Source: Octopus sinensis (lineage: Eukaryota). Taken from it: a DNA stretch of 64,000 bases. Positions 12,870 to 26,702 of the stretch are shown in pieces. The notes below the pieces were generated by a model. The model saw only the letters and a list, made by a program, of their open reading frames with translations, was not told the DNA's origin and did not search any database. The first letter of the stretch is position 1. Every line of letters begins with the position of its first letter. Made by a program: the position numbers and the translations under genes. The stretch covers positions 1,488,001-1,552,000 of the forward strand of contig NC_043025.1 of NCBI RefSeq assembly GCF_006345805.1, in the 5' to 3' direction.

Positions 12870-14960
12870 TATTTTAAGAGGACTGACGAGTTTGCACTGA
12901 TTTTTCAACAGGTTTAAATGAATTTTTGTTGCTTTGTAATTATCCGTCACTAAATCCAGAGGAAATTTTCGCAAAGTTGAATGGAGGAAATTTTTTCAAA
13001 GTTGGACTTCTCTGAAGCATATTTGCAGGTACAAGTTGATGAGGAATGTTCAAAATTATTGACAATAAATACCCATAAAGTGTTGTATAAATTTAATTGA
13101 CTTCTTCCGTTTGGTATAAACGTAGCACCAGGCATTTCCCAACACGTTATGGACACAATTGTCGCAGGTTCGGATTTCGATATAGCTTACCTTGACGATA
13201 TACTCATGAAAATGTGAATCTCGGAGTCAGCATACTGGGCATGTTAAAAAGGTCTTCGAAAAGATAAAAGATTATGGGTCTAAGCTCAGCGAGGGAAAGT
13301 GTGAATCATTTATGCCAAGAATATAATATCTGGGGCAGATTATAGATAAAAATAGACGTAGACCAGACTCGTCAAAGGCGAGTGCAATATAAAATATACC
13401 TCATCCGACAAACATTAGAACGTTACAAGCATTGGGGTGGGGCTCACAAATTACCACCAGGTACACATAGCGTATATGCATGATTTGAGAGCACCGCTGA
13501 ATAACTTGTTAAGTAGAACTGGTCGGACAAATGCCAAAATGATTTTAAGCAAGTTAAAAGCATCTTAACGTCAGAATTGTTTTTATCACGTTTTGACCCG
13601 AATTTAGAAATGGTAGTGGCATCAAATGCTAGTAAAATTTGGTATTTGAGCTGTAATTTTACACAAATATGAAGATGGTATCGTGAAAGCTGTGGCTCAT
13701 GCTTTGCGTTCCTTATTTCCGGCTGAGAAAAGTTAGAGTCAAATAGAGAAAGAAACATCAGCCATGAAATTTGCGGTAAAGAAGTTCCATGAATTTATAC
13801 ATGGAAGACGATTCCGTCTGCAGACAGACCACTGCCAATTATTGTCAATCTATGGATCAAAAAAGAGTATTCCCACACATACAGCCCACAGACTGCAGCA
13901 GTGGGGAACGATCCTGCTGAATTCAAGATGGAGTATTTTCCATCTAAAAAATTGGGACATGCAGATGGTTTGTCGAGGTCAAAAGACACACTGATAGCGG
14001 TGTTAAGAGCCGAGAATGAAATAAAACAAAGTATATTTTGTAACGTTGTGCGTGAATTGCCTGTCACATTGAAAGAAATAAGAATTAAAATAGAGACGGA
14101 CAAGTTAATGATGAAAATGACAAAATAGTGAAATCAGAAGAAACAAGAAAAAATGTGGCTGGACGTAACACAGTTTCGAAACTGTATTCGATATGTGATA
14201 AGGTGCTTATGTATTGCACAAAGGGCCGTAATGTCTGTCTGAATACAAAATCAAATGTTAAAGGATTTCCACACTGGATATCCAAGAATTTCTAGGATGA
14301 AAACGCTTATGAGGAGCTATGTTTACGGCCGAAAATGTATCAAGATATTGAGAAGTTGGTAAAATCCTGCAAAGGGTGTGCTCTTGCAGCAAAATCACCA
14401 GCCATATAATTTCAACCTTGGCCCAAGACCGATATTCCATAGACCAGGTTGCACAGATTCCGCAGGACCGTTAAACCGATCATATTATCTAATAGTGGTT
14501 GATAACTTTACAAAATGGTCAGAAATGTTTAAATGTAGAGAAACGACCTCCACGGTAAAGTGGAATTTTTACACGAACGTTTTACTAAGTCAGGTGTTCC
14601 GTATATCCGTCGTCTCCGATAACGGTACAGAATTTACGGCGAATGAATATAAGAATTTTTGCAAGATGTACTCAATTGAACATATGACTATTCCTCCGTA
14701 TCATCCAAGGTCGATCGGACAAGCTGAACGCTTTATGGGAACTTTCGAAAGGGTACTAAAGAAATCCAGAAATGAGTTGGTGGATGATGTAGCATTGACA
14801 CAATTCCTGAGAGTTTGTCGTGTAATATCTTTTCAGGCAAGTAGTCTGCGGAACTGATGTATGTCGATAGAGAGCAATTAAAGGAAGCAATTGGCAAATA
14901 AACAGCACGAATTTGTTCTAGATGGAAAGGACGTTGGATGAAACGTGTGGCTTGAGAAGG
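12870..14960 (+). mobile_element. Ty3/Gypsy pol remnant (RT-RNaseH-integrase), no LTRs seen
   Basis: KVDFSEAYLQVQV, PFGINVAPG, AYLDDIL, AVKKFHEFIHGRRFRLQTDH, VVDNFTKW, SDNGTEF, PPYHPRSIGQAERF. Confidence 0.92.
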
Positions 14961-16617
14961 GGACAACTGTTCGCAGGAAATGAAATACCGGATTGATACG
15001 CATTGTAGTTTTCTTGTTATAGTCCGGCTACTTCTTGATCAGAACTTGTTCAGTAAGTTAGGGAGAAAGAAAGAGACGAGAGGAGTAGCAAGAGAGACGC
15101 GGAATGATAAAGGTAGAAATATGATGAGGGGCAGAGAGAAAAGGAGAAAGAGAAAAAGTCGAATGATAGAGAGAGAGAGGAGAGAGAGAGAGAGAGGAGG
15201 GGGAGAGAATATGATAATACAAAAAGAGTTAAGAAAGAAATTCCGCCGAGCTTGACTTTGCCTTTCATCCTTTCGGAGTCGATAAATTAAGTACCAGTGG
15301 CGTACTGGGGTCGATCTAATCGACTGGCCCCCTTCCCCAAAATTTAGAGCCTTGTGCCTAGGATAGAAAACTATAATATATAGGATGGCGCAAAGAGAGA
15401 GAGAGAGAGGGGGACGGAGACAGACACAGAGAGACAAAAATAGAGAACGTGGGAGAGATAAAAGCAGAATGGTGTATATGCTTTCTGAGAGAGAGAGAGA
15501 GAGAGTATGATTTGAGAAAGAAACCGGATTAGGCGGTGTTATATAATGAGGTAGGAGAAAGAGAAAGAGAGAGAGAGGAGGGTAAGAGTAGGAGAAAGGG
15601 AGAGAGAGGGGACAAAAGGAGATATAGAGGAAGAGAGAGAGAGAGAGACAAAGGAAGAAATACAGCGAGGTGATGCATGCAAAGATTCATAAATACATAC
15701 ATACGCACATATATATATACATATGTAATTATTGGGCTAATGAGTATATGTCAATTAGTGCGTTGATGTGTTGAGTAAAGCACTGGCACAGTTTGGGGCT
15801 ACCTGGTGTCATCCGCACTTGGGGTATATTTCCGTTGGATCTACTTCAGGAATTCCACAGAGTTAGTTAAGATAATAATCGATTAATGAAACAGAAGAAG
15901 GATTTGGTATTAGTTTTTATTTTGTATGATGATTGTTTCCACCCATCCCGCGACTGACCCCTGCGGGTGTGGGATGCTGCGCATCATATTGTGTTACATC
16001 AATTCCCACCAAAAATATTTAGTTCAGGCAATCATGTTATTTGCCCGCTTCATTAGGGAATCCGACTTTGCTACGATTGTCCTTATCCTATTCATAAACA
16101 ATAATTGTAAAGAATTGTAAATGCAGACGTATAAACTATTGGAAAGGAAAGAAAATATACAAGAGAAAGTATTTGGGAAAGAAACAGAGATAGGGTGAGA
16201 CCTGTAAGAGAAGGATTAGACTGCATTAAGTTTAAAGGGAGGGAGGGGTATTATACTTGCTAATAAGGGGTGGTGTGTACACAGGCACAAATACACGCAC
16301 ATAATCCTCACAGAGACGTAGACACCGACGTTCACCCTGACCCACGTAGGTCGTAAACTCTTACAGTCCTACGGTTTATGACAGTAAAGATCTGTCATCA
16401 CGGTTACTTTAAGATCTAGGGAGATGTCGTCTGGGAGACTGTTTGGTGTATGTTTTATGTCTAGAACACTGGGGTGCAGATTCAGCCATCAGGCCACCAG
16501 ACACACCCGTACGTTTACTAGTAAATATATACATATATGTGCACACTTGTAGTGGCGTACGTACACACACACGCACACACACACACACACACACACACGC
16601 AGACACACACGCACGCA

Positions 16618-16651
<34 letters not shown>

Positions 16652-16667
16652 GACACACACGCACGCA

Positions 16668-16706
<39 letters not shown>

Positions 16707-17394
16707 GCCGACGCTGGTGATTACTCTGATCATGGCGGAAAGAAGGTCGAAGTTTCGGGTCGGCTGCAAAGACGGAGACGGATGCGTGTACTTCTCGAAG
16801 AACTATTCCTAGAAGGAGCTTCACCCGAAGGTTGCAGCCGTCTTCTCCGCCGTTTGACTTTGCTCCTTGGCCAATGTATCGAGTTTGTTCCTCCACTCAA
16901 TCGTCACGGTTAACTGCTGCAGACGATGTTGCCTCGGTGGAAGGCGTGGTCGATCGCTTGTGTCGAAGGATAAGACTAAAATCGCTGCCTCGTACGGCAC
17001 AGCCCCTACATCCTATGGCACCGTGTCTCGTAAAGTGGATCGTGTGGCTTCCCAGAGGACACTCAAAAACATTCCTGTGTGTAGTCGCTCTGCTGAGCAG
17101 GACTCTGGACGCCAAATCGAGTCGCCAAATGCATGCGATCGTTTTGCTCATTTCGTCTTCGAAAGAACGGCTAAGTGGCCCTGAATCTGCATTATTTATC
17201 ATCTAAAATCGAAGAGCACGTCAAGAAGCATCTGTAAAGTATTATCCTCTAAGTGGTCTCACAGTATGCTAGAAATAACAGCCAAGTATCTTCAAGTAAA
17301 ATGAAGGACAGTTTTAGTACACTCTCTCCCTCTCTCTCACTTTTTCTCCCTCTCCCTCTTTCTCCTCTCCTCTCTCTCTCCCTCTCTCTCTCAT

Positions 17395-17715
17395 TAGCAA
17401 CCTCATCGTAAGGTCAAGAGTTCGATACATGGTGACGCGTTGTGTCCCTAAGAGAAATCACTTTATTTCACATTGCCCCAGTCCACACAGCTGACAAAAA
17501 TGAATTGTACCTGTAATACAAACGGGGCCAGCGTTGTCAAATTCTGTGTCACGCTGAAAATCCTTGAGAACTACGTTAAGAGTACACGTGTCTGTGGAGT
17601 ACTCAGCCACATGCACGATAATTTCACGAGCAGCAGGTTGTTCTATGGATTGCATCAACTGGAAACCTAGTCGTCGTCACCGACGGAGTACCAGCTACAA
17701 CGACAACAACAAAAA
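17395..17715 (+). mobile_element. SINE-like element (mirror ~54975-55296, -); related body at ~19140-19380 (-)
   Basis: B-box-like gagttcgatac and body tttcacattgccccagtccac(t/a)cagc shared between copies. Confidence 0.6.
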
Positions 17716-17759
17716 TAGTAAATATAAACAATAAATATAAATAGATGTGCGTGTTTGTA

Positions 17760-18224
17760 TGTTTGAGTGTGTGTGTGTGTGTGTGTGTCTATGTATGTAT
17801 GTATGTATGTATGTATGTATGTATGTATGTATGTATGTATGTATGTACGTATGTATGTACGTATGTATGTACGTAGGTAGTACGTATGTACGTGTGTATA
17901 TATGTATGTATGTGTGCCTGTCTCTCTGTATGTATGTATGTATTATGTACGTAGGTAGTACGTACGTACGCATGTATGTATATATGTATGTTTGTTTGTC
18001 TGTATGTACGTATGCATGTATGTACGTATGTACGTATGTATTTTTGTATGTATGTATATGTATGTATGTAAGTATGTATGTATGTATGTATGTATGTATG
18101 TATGCATGTATGTATGTATGTACGTAGGTAGTACGTATGTACGTATGTATGTATATATGTATGTATTATGTATGTATGTATGTATGTATGTACGTACGTA
18201 TATATATATATTTATGTATGTATG

Positions 18225-18250
<26 letters not shown>
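17760..18250. repeat. (TATG)n compound microsatellite (mirror ~54590-54910)
   Basis: Seen directly. Confidence 0.9.
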
Positions 18251-18259
<9 letters not shown>

Positions 18260-18654
18260 GTATGCACACATGCCCACACTTTCACACGTACATACACAAA
18301 AGCATTTGCATTGAAGCGAGCGGAACAATTATTCTGGATAAAGGAAAATATTCTAAGACGATAGGCACCTAGGTTACAAGAACAGACACAGATGGAGACA
18401 CGGATCCACACATATAAAGATGCACATCCATACATACAAACATGGTACATAGTTGCATAACACACACACACACACATACGCGCGCGCATGCATACACAAA
18501 GAGACGGAGGTGCATACATATACAAACACATGCTCACAGACACATACATATATACACATGCATACACACACATATATACATACATACACATGCAAACACA
18601 CACATACAAACACACGTACATGCATACATGTATAGGCACACACCCACACATATT

Positions 18655-18870
18655 TTCAAGCTTCAGCCCAGAGCTGCGGCCATGCTGAGGCACCGCCGTT
18701 TGGCGAAAGAGTACAACAGGGGTCTCCGCCATCCTCTTCCGGAGCCTCGTGGGGCTTTCAGGGGTTTTCGCTCAATAAATACACACAACGCCCGGTCCGG
18801 GAATCGAAACCGTGATCCTCCGACCGCGAGTCCGCTGCCCTAACCACTGGGCCATTGCGCCTCCACATGC
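18655..18870 (-). mobile_element. tRNA-derived SINE, second head type (mirror ~54005-54215, +)
   Basis: tggcccagtggttagggc (A box) ... ggtttcgattccc (B box), followed by a non-tRNA body. Confidence 0.75.
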
Positions 18871-19684
18871 GCACTAACAAACAAAAGGGAACGCAGTCGA
18901 GATTTTACCGGTGAGTCTGTGAAATTATGAAGAAAATGACTCTCCCCAAACACAACGGAATTCTAAGACGAGTTTTGGTGTCAAGGGAAACTACTCTCAT
19001 TGTTATATATTAAGAATTATCTCCCTTGCCTAGGAAAATTTAAGACGTATGGAAGGCTTAAGATGTAGGAATTAACCACTGCAGACAATATCGAACTCCT
19101 GCAGACATGCAGACACGCATATATCGATTTGCATATGTCCAAGCATATATATATCTACATCCTGTGATCGTGATCACGTGACTGACCGGAAAATCGAATG
19201 TTTGTATTCATCGTTCGGCCACAATGTACTTGGCGTCGTTTTGACTTTCCAATGCTGCCACTCCGCCGGATGCGAGAGGGAGCCACCATCTCACCCTCAT
19301 TGGAAGGCTATTCCGTGGCAGGGTGGATATTTTACGGCTGAGTGGACTGGAGCAACGTGAAGTATAGGGCCTTGCTCGTCTATACTTGCATGAGTGCGTG
19401 TGTATATATGTTTGTGTGAGTGTGTGTGTATGTATGTATAAATATACATGTATAAATATACATGTATGTATAAATATACATGTATATATATGTGTATATA
19501 TATATAGGCATATATGTATGTATACATATATGTATATATGTATATATATAGACATATATTTTTAAATGTTTATATTTTTAAATTTTTATATTTTTAAATT
19601 TTTAAATTATGAAACTTAAAATTTTTTTTTAAATAACTAACCAAAAAGTATGAAAAAGTTAAATTAAATATAATAAGTAATGAG

Positions 19685-19745
<61 letters not shown>

Positions 19746-21603
19746 TATATGTATATTCTTTTATTCTTTTACCTGTTTCAGTCATTTGAATGCGGCCATA
19801 CTGGAGTACCGCCTTCAATGGATTTAGTCGAACAAATCATCCCCAAGTGTTATTTTTTAAGCCTGGTAACTTATTCTATAGATTTCTCTATTGATGAAAT
19901 GCTAATATACAGGGATGTAACCGACCCAACAGCGGCTGCCAAGTGGTTGTGGGGCGACAAACAGGGACACAAACGCACACAAGCATATGTATGTGGGTGT
20001 ATGTGAGTGTGTTAAATAATAAGGCACAGAAAGGAATGACACTCCCCAGACATAACAAAATATGCTTCAACACACGAACTCACATAAAGAATCTTGAAAA
20101 CCAAATCTCAAAAGGAAATATATATATATATATCACACATGCATATACATAGGCGCAGGAGTGTGTGGTAAGTAGCTTGCTTCCAACCATATGGTTCCGG
20201 GTTCAGTCCAACTGCGTGGCACCTTGGGCAAGTATCTTCTTGTATAGCCTCGGGCTATTGTAGAAGACCTGGTAGACGGAAAGTGAAAGTGGCCCGTCGT
20301 ATATATATATATATGTATATATATATCTGTGTGTATGTGTGTATGTGTGTGTGCATGTGTGTGTGGGGTATGTGTGTGTGTATGTGTGTGCGCGTGTTTG
20401 TTTACCCGGATATCACTTGACACCGATGCTTGTGTGTTTACATCTCCGTAATAAGCGGTTCGAAAAAAGAGACCGATAAAATAAGTACTAGGCTTACAAA
20501 GAATAAGTTCTGGGGTCGATTTGCTCGACAATAGGCAGTGCTCCAGTATGGTCAGGGTTTAATGACTGAGACAAATAAAACAATAAAAATACGTGTGTGT
20601 GTGTGTGTGTGTGTGGACGACGGGCTTCTCTCAGTTTCCACCTACCAAACCCACTCACAAGGCTTCAGGAGGCTTTGGTTGGGCCGAGGCTATAATATAA
20701 AGCACATGCCTAAGTTTATTTTACTTTTATTTTTTGTGTTTTTGTAATGTATAACTTGTGTATATATGAATTGATTGTCTAAGTATGTATCTGAGAGTCG
20801 GTTGTCACAAAATGACCCTGGTTGAAGGCTATTTATGTGGAAAATATTCCCGGTTCGAGTATATTTCATCATCTGTACCTTACGACCCATTAAGGACTTC
20901 GGATAGTTTAGATTGTTTATGGGTATATGACCCTTTGTTCCATATAGTGGTATAAACCCATAAATAAAAATGGTCATGAGCGCAAAAAGGGTTATAAGCC
21001 CCAAAAATAAAACAAAAGTAAACTTGGTCACGAATCTCCTACCACTATAGCCTCGGGCCGACCAAAGCCTCGTCAGTGGATTTGGTAGATGGAAACTAAA
21101 TGAAGCCTGTCGAATATTGTGGGTGTATGTGTCTCTGTGTGCGCGCGTGCGCATGCATGTGTGTGTGTGTGCAGGCGCGTATCTGCAGGTGTGTGTGTTT
21201 TTGTTTCTGTGTCTGTCTCTCCCCCCCATCACCACCTGACAACCGGTGTTGGTGTTCAGCAAAGTGACTCATGCAATAATTACTAGATTAAAAAAATATC
21301 CTGGGGTTGATTGGTTCGACTAAAAGCTTAAAACTTCTCTGATCGTCACCGAGGTGAGGAAGCCAAAACATATTCGTTTCGAGTCAAAGCCTAAATGTTA
21401 AATTTTAGATTAAACTGCACCTGAAGAAAGCGTCTTTTTTTTCATGATGTAATTGATTTGTTTTCCAATAGAAAAACACATCTGAAACAATTGTAGTGAA
21501 TCTTATCCTATTTATGTTCTTACTTAGTTTATACCGTTGCTGGGAACTTCCTTTCATTGAATCGAGAACTTACGGTCGATCGTGAAATTGAATGCCGGAA
21601 TGC

Positions 21604-21636
<33 letters not shown>

Positions 21637-21924
21637 CGTGTGTGTGTGTGTGCGTGTGTGTGTGGGTGTGTGTGTGTGTGTGTTTGTTTCAGTCATTTGA
21701 CTGCAGCCATGCTGGAGCACCGCCTTTAGTCGAGCAAATTGACCCCAGGACTTATTCTTTGTAAGCCTAGTACTTATTCTATCGGTCTCTTTTGCCGAAC
21801 TGCTAAGATACGGGGACGTAAACACACCAGCATCGGTTGTCAAGCGATGTTGGGGGGACAAACACAGACACACAAACATATACACACACATACATACATA
21901 CATACATGCATACATACATACATA

Positions 21925-22110
21925 CATTATGGCAGCCCCCTCGTTATCGAGTATGGCCATTGCACGAAGCTTAACTGTTACTGGTGTTGTGATCGAGTGT
22001 GACTTTTTAGCCCAGCTAAAGATTTACAATGTCTTGTACAAAATTGGCAGCTAAAACCTTTACTGGTAATAGCTGGCTGTAGTTGTAACTGGGCTTCATG
22101 TACCTTTGCA
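21925..22110 (-). mobile_element. LINE 3' fragment with C2H2-type motif (mirror ~50500-50685, +)
   Basis: FSCQFCTRHCKSLAGLKSHTRSQH, typical of the ORF2 C-terminus of some APE LINEs. Confidence 0.55.
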
Positions 22111-22123
22111 TGACATACATACA

Positions 22124-22156
<33 letters not shown>

Positions 22157-22489
22157 GTATACATATATATGTGTGTGTGTGTGTGTGTGTGAGTGCGTGT
22201 GTGTACATATATACATACGTATACATAAATATATATGCATATATATATATACAAACATACAGATACGTATACATACATATAAATACATATAAATATATGT
22301 ATAGATGCATGCATATACATATGTATGAATATATATACACATATATATACATACATATATATATATATATACATATACATATACACATACATAAATATAT
22401 ATCTACACATAGTGACGTATACGTATGCACGTCGGTACGCGAGCGCACATGTGAGCGTTTGAGGTGCCATGCTTACGTGTTTACTATGA

Positions 22490-24044
22490 ACTTTTAGAAA
22501 ATTTAGAAAATTGGTCAGGTCATTTTAAAAACCTCATTGGGAAGAATGCCAAAATCCCTGATAACCCCACTCTTCCAAGTCTGCCTATATCAGACACGCT
22601 GGACATCAACACCTCCCCTTTTACCATATTTGAACTAACAGCAGCCACCAAGGAACTAAAAGCCTCGAAAGCATTTGGTCCCGACAACATCCCAGCTATG
22701 ATTTGGAAGGATGATAGATTTCACACACTTTGCAACCACCACTTTCCACCTTTGTCGTTCCAAAGATTTGGCACCAATCTCAAATCATCCCAATACCCAA
22801 AAAAGGCGATTTATCCTCGTCATACCACTACAGGGGTATATCTCTAATGTCAATTGCTGCAAAACTGTACACAAACTGATTCTAAATCGTCTTGTACTTT
22901 TTGTTGAACCTTTGCTCCGAAAGAACCAAAATGGATTCAGTCATGGGCGCTCAACGCTGAGCCAGATACTATGCTTACGCAGACTTATTGAAGAATCAAA
23001 AGCATTTAATCGCGATCTTGCAATGGTATTTGTAGACTTTTCTAAAGCGTTCGATTCTGTAGATAGGTACAAGATGTTTGAAATCATTAAGCTCTATAGG
23101 ATACCAGACAAAATCATCTCTGCCATCAAGGTCCTCTACTCAGATACGTCTTCAATCATCTTAACCCCTGACGGAGAAACATCATCTTTCTCAATCAAAG
23201 CCGGAATACTGCAGGGAGACACACTCGCGTGTCAGTTGATACCATCTCTGGCAAGGGCTTTGAAATAAAACCAAGAAGAAGTTCCAGACACCCAGCTGAA
23301 TACTTGACAGACACTGACTTTGCTGATGACATCGCTCTTATCAGTGATTCTCTCTCCAATGCCCAGTCTCTTTTACTATTTCTCGAACAAGCCTCAAATT
23401 GTGTAGGTCTTTACCTCAATGAGGCCACGGCTGAATATATAAACAAGTGCCTGTCCAACAGTGATTGCATCATCCATACTCTCAACAATGCGCCCTTAAA
23501 TATGGTTTCTGATTACAAATATCTTGGGTCATACATATCATCATCTGAAAAAGACTTTCTGACTAGAAAGGGTATGGCCTGGTCAGCCTGTAATGATATG
23601 CATAAGATCTGGTCATAAAATCTAAGTAGAGACTTCAAACTTGAAATCTTCAAAGCCACAGTCGAAGCAATTCTACTATATGGCTCAGAAACCTGGACGT
23701 TATCAAAGATGGAACTTACACTCAAAATCTCTCGTGGAAGCGCCATCCAACCAAAATGCAAATATATGGGAAACTACCACCTGCGTCATCTCTTGTGAAA
23801 GGTAGGAGAGTCCAGTTTGCTGGACATTGTTGTAGAGCTGAAAAGAGGTAATTTCTACTCTTCTCCTCTGGAAGCCATCTACTCGCAATACCAGAGGCCT
23901 CACACTCTCCTACCCTGATGTAATCTCCAGGGATACAGGAATCCAGCAACAGGACCTCCGTAATGCTATGATGGACCGTGAAGTCTGGCGTAGCATGGTA
24001 AATTCCATTGTCTCGACCACGGTTGAACAATGATGATGATGATG
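22490..24044 (+). mobile_element. 5'-truncated RTE-like APE-class LINE with (TGA)n tail (mirror ~48200-49750, -)
   Basis: NQNGF..GRSTLSQILCLRRLIEE, VDFSKAFDS, GILQGDTLA, FADDIAL, YKYLGS, LLYGSETW. Clade assignment is approximate. Confidence 0.88.
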
Positions 24045-24305
24045 AACTTTTAACCTTAATTTATATAAGTAGCGGAATTATAACACAGTAATTTCCCTTT
24101 GAATAATGGTATTTTTTCATAGCGTTTTTCAGATGGCCAGATAACCGAAGAGATGGTGTTGTGGATTTCCACTTCGGCATCCGAAACTCAGAGTTTTATC
24201 TTGGCCATTGAATAATGGTAACATATTAATTTACAGATAAATTTCTTCTATTTGCATAATATTGAGGTCTCTTTCTTTTGTTATCTTACCGTTTTTACCA
24301 ATATA

Positions 24306-24352
<47 letters not shown>

Positions 24353-24354
24353 CA

Positions 24355-25045
24355 ATCCCAGAGCCTAAGTCTGTGAGGGACCTGGGTATCGAGTGATGAT
24401 ACCACTTTCCAAGTGCACATTACCAGGATGGCGACAAAGTGCAGACGACTGGCTGGATGGATCCTAAGAACATTCCGAACCAGAGATAAGGAAACCATGA
24501 TGGTCATCTGGCGGACATTCGTCCTCAGCCGCCTGGATTACTGCTCACAGCTATGGTCACCCACCAGTGTAAAATTAACAGCGGACTTTGAAGCAATCCA
24601 GAGAAGATTCACAAAGAAGATCGTCTCTTTGCAACAGCTCAGCTACTGGGAAAGGTTGAAACAGCTAAGACTCTACTCCCTGGAGAGAAGACGGGAGAGG
24701 TATGCAGTAATATATGTCTGGAAGATCCTGGAAGGAATCGTGCCAAAGTTTGGCATTGTAAGCTACACCAGTGCTAGAACGGGACGACACTGCATAGTGC
24801 CAAAGATCCCAGCAATGCTATCACGCTTCAGGACCAGCTTCTGCAACAGCCTGGGTTTCAAGGGCCCACAGCTTTTTAATATTCTCCCAAAGAGTCTGAG
24901 AAACTTTCACAAAGTAGATGTAGCGGTTTTTAATCAAAGCTGGACATCTTCCTGTCGAGAGTCCCAGATGAACTTACCTCGTGGCAAGAGGTGCAAATGA
25001 GAGTAGCTATATCAAACTCCATTCTTCACCAAGTGCCACATATTA
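24355..25045 (+). mobile_element. CR1/L2-group LINE 3' fragment (mirror ~47170-47860, -)
   Basis: RLDYCSQLWSP, EAIQRRFTK, YWERLKQLRLYSLERRRERY. Confidence 0.88.
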
Positions 25046-25129
25046 GACGAGGTTCTTCGCAATAATAGTGTAGCACAAAACGGCGGTGAATCAGCATGGC
25101 CGCAGCTCTGAGCTGAAGCAAACAAAACA

Positions 25130-25214
<85 letters not shown>

Positions 25215-25308
25215 TGTGTGTGTGTGTGCGTGCGTGTGTATGTATGTATGTATGTATGTGTGTATATATACATCTGCACACATGTACATATATAGAAGTA
25301 TATGTGTA

Positions 25309-25343
<35 letters not shown>

Positions 25344-25351
25344 CACAACAA

Positions 25352-25446
25352 TGAGGGTAAAATTAATTAATTATTAATCAATTTCACCAAGTATTCAATA
25401 CTGAATACTTGTGAAATTGATTAATAATTAATTAATTTTACCCTCA
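25352..25446. repeat. AT-rich ~95-bp hairpin
   Basis: tgagggtaaaattaatt...aattaattttaccctca; 1-nt bulge, 4-nt loop. Confidence 0.9.
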
Positions 25447-25673
25447 ATTGTTGAAATTATATTCATCTCTCTCTGTTTAATGCTGCGGTCTTCACCGATA
25501 AAATAGTGTTTGTCAATTTTAACCCACGCTGGTGGAAAGGGGAGAGCAGAATTTCTTCGCTTGCATATTTGAATTTGATAGCACTTTTAGTTCGAGCAGA
25601 ATTCTAGAGGTGATAAGAAGCCGAAAGGGTATGCTCCCACTTTCAGTGTTCCCAAATCCGATTCAAGGAATTC

Positions 25674-25725
25674 TGAGCTGACGAAAGAAATGTCGATTTG
25701 ACTAATCTAGAAACGTACGTTCTCA
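25674..25725 (+). ncRNA. Hammerhead-like motif in left-arm-only insertion
   Basis: TGAG-CTGACGA-..-GAAA-CGTACG-TT-CTCA; A/A mismatch at the base of stem II. Confidence 0.5.
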
Positions 25726-26702
25726 AATAACCTTTGCATTTGATTTTTTAATGTTTTTTCCCCCATACCTTGTGAGTTGGTTTAGGCAAACACTATCTGA
25801 GAGAGATCTTCTTTAAGTATTAGAAATAGCTGAAGAAATTTCTTTAGCTGCTATTTCTAATGAGTTCGGTATGTGGCAAAGTAATTTATTTTACTAAGCC
25901 CTTATATATAATATATATATATATATAATATATATATATAGATGTACATGTAATATGTACACATATATACACATATATACATGGATACATATATACACCC
26001 ATACACACATACACATACACACACATATATATATAATTATGGTGAAGGTGTGGCTGTGTGGTAACAAACTTGGTTCCAAACATATGGCCCTGGGTTCAGT
26101 CCCACTGTGTGGTGTCTTGGCATGCGTCTTCTGCTATAGCCTCAGACCAACCAAAGCCTTGTCAGTGGATTTTGTAAACAGAAACTGAAAGAAATCAATT
26201 GTTTATACATGTATGTATATATTTAAGTCTATGTGTGAGTATTTGTGTTTCTCCCTCATCACTGCTTCACAACTGGTGTTCGTTTATTTACATCCCCATA
26301 ACTTACTGGTTTTACAAGAAGAAACTGATAGAATAAGTACCAGGCTTATCAAATTTTAAAAAAAACACTAGACTGTGTCTCATATTCTTGTTTACCCACT
26401 CAGTTGTATCTATCAATTTATCTTTTTGTGTGTATATATATATATTTCAAAATGTGACCTCGTGTGTACCGTTGGAGATTTTTTTCCTCTGTCTTCCCTT
26501 CTCGGGATCTTTCCTTCTCCTATGTTTCTGACGAAGAGCTCTGCTCGAAACTTTAAACCCTCCGTCTTCCCTTCTTTCAATAATACTATATTTGTTCCAC
26601 GTCCTCGCGTTGTTGTGTTATTTTGTGTTTTCGTGTTTGGATTAACTATATATATATATATATATAAAGATATACCCATGTATGTATATGTGCATATTCA
26701 TA

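Noticed and set aside
15039-15437. Hydrophobic ORFs (also 56982-57731, 7593-7937) as membrane proteins
   Set aside because: Derived from (GA)n/(CT)n tracts and SINE sequence.
18790-18866. tRNA gene
   Set aside because: A and B boxes are present but there is no complete cloverleaf, and it continues into a SINE body.
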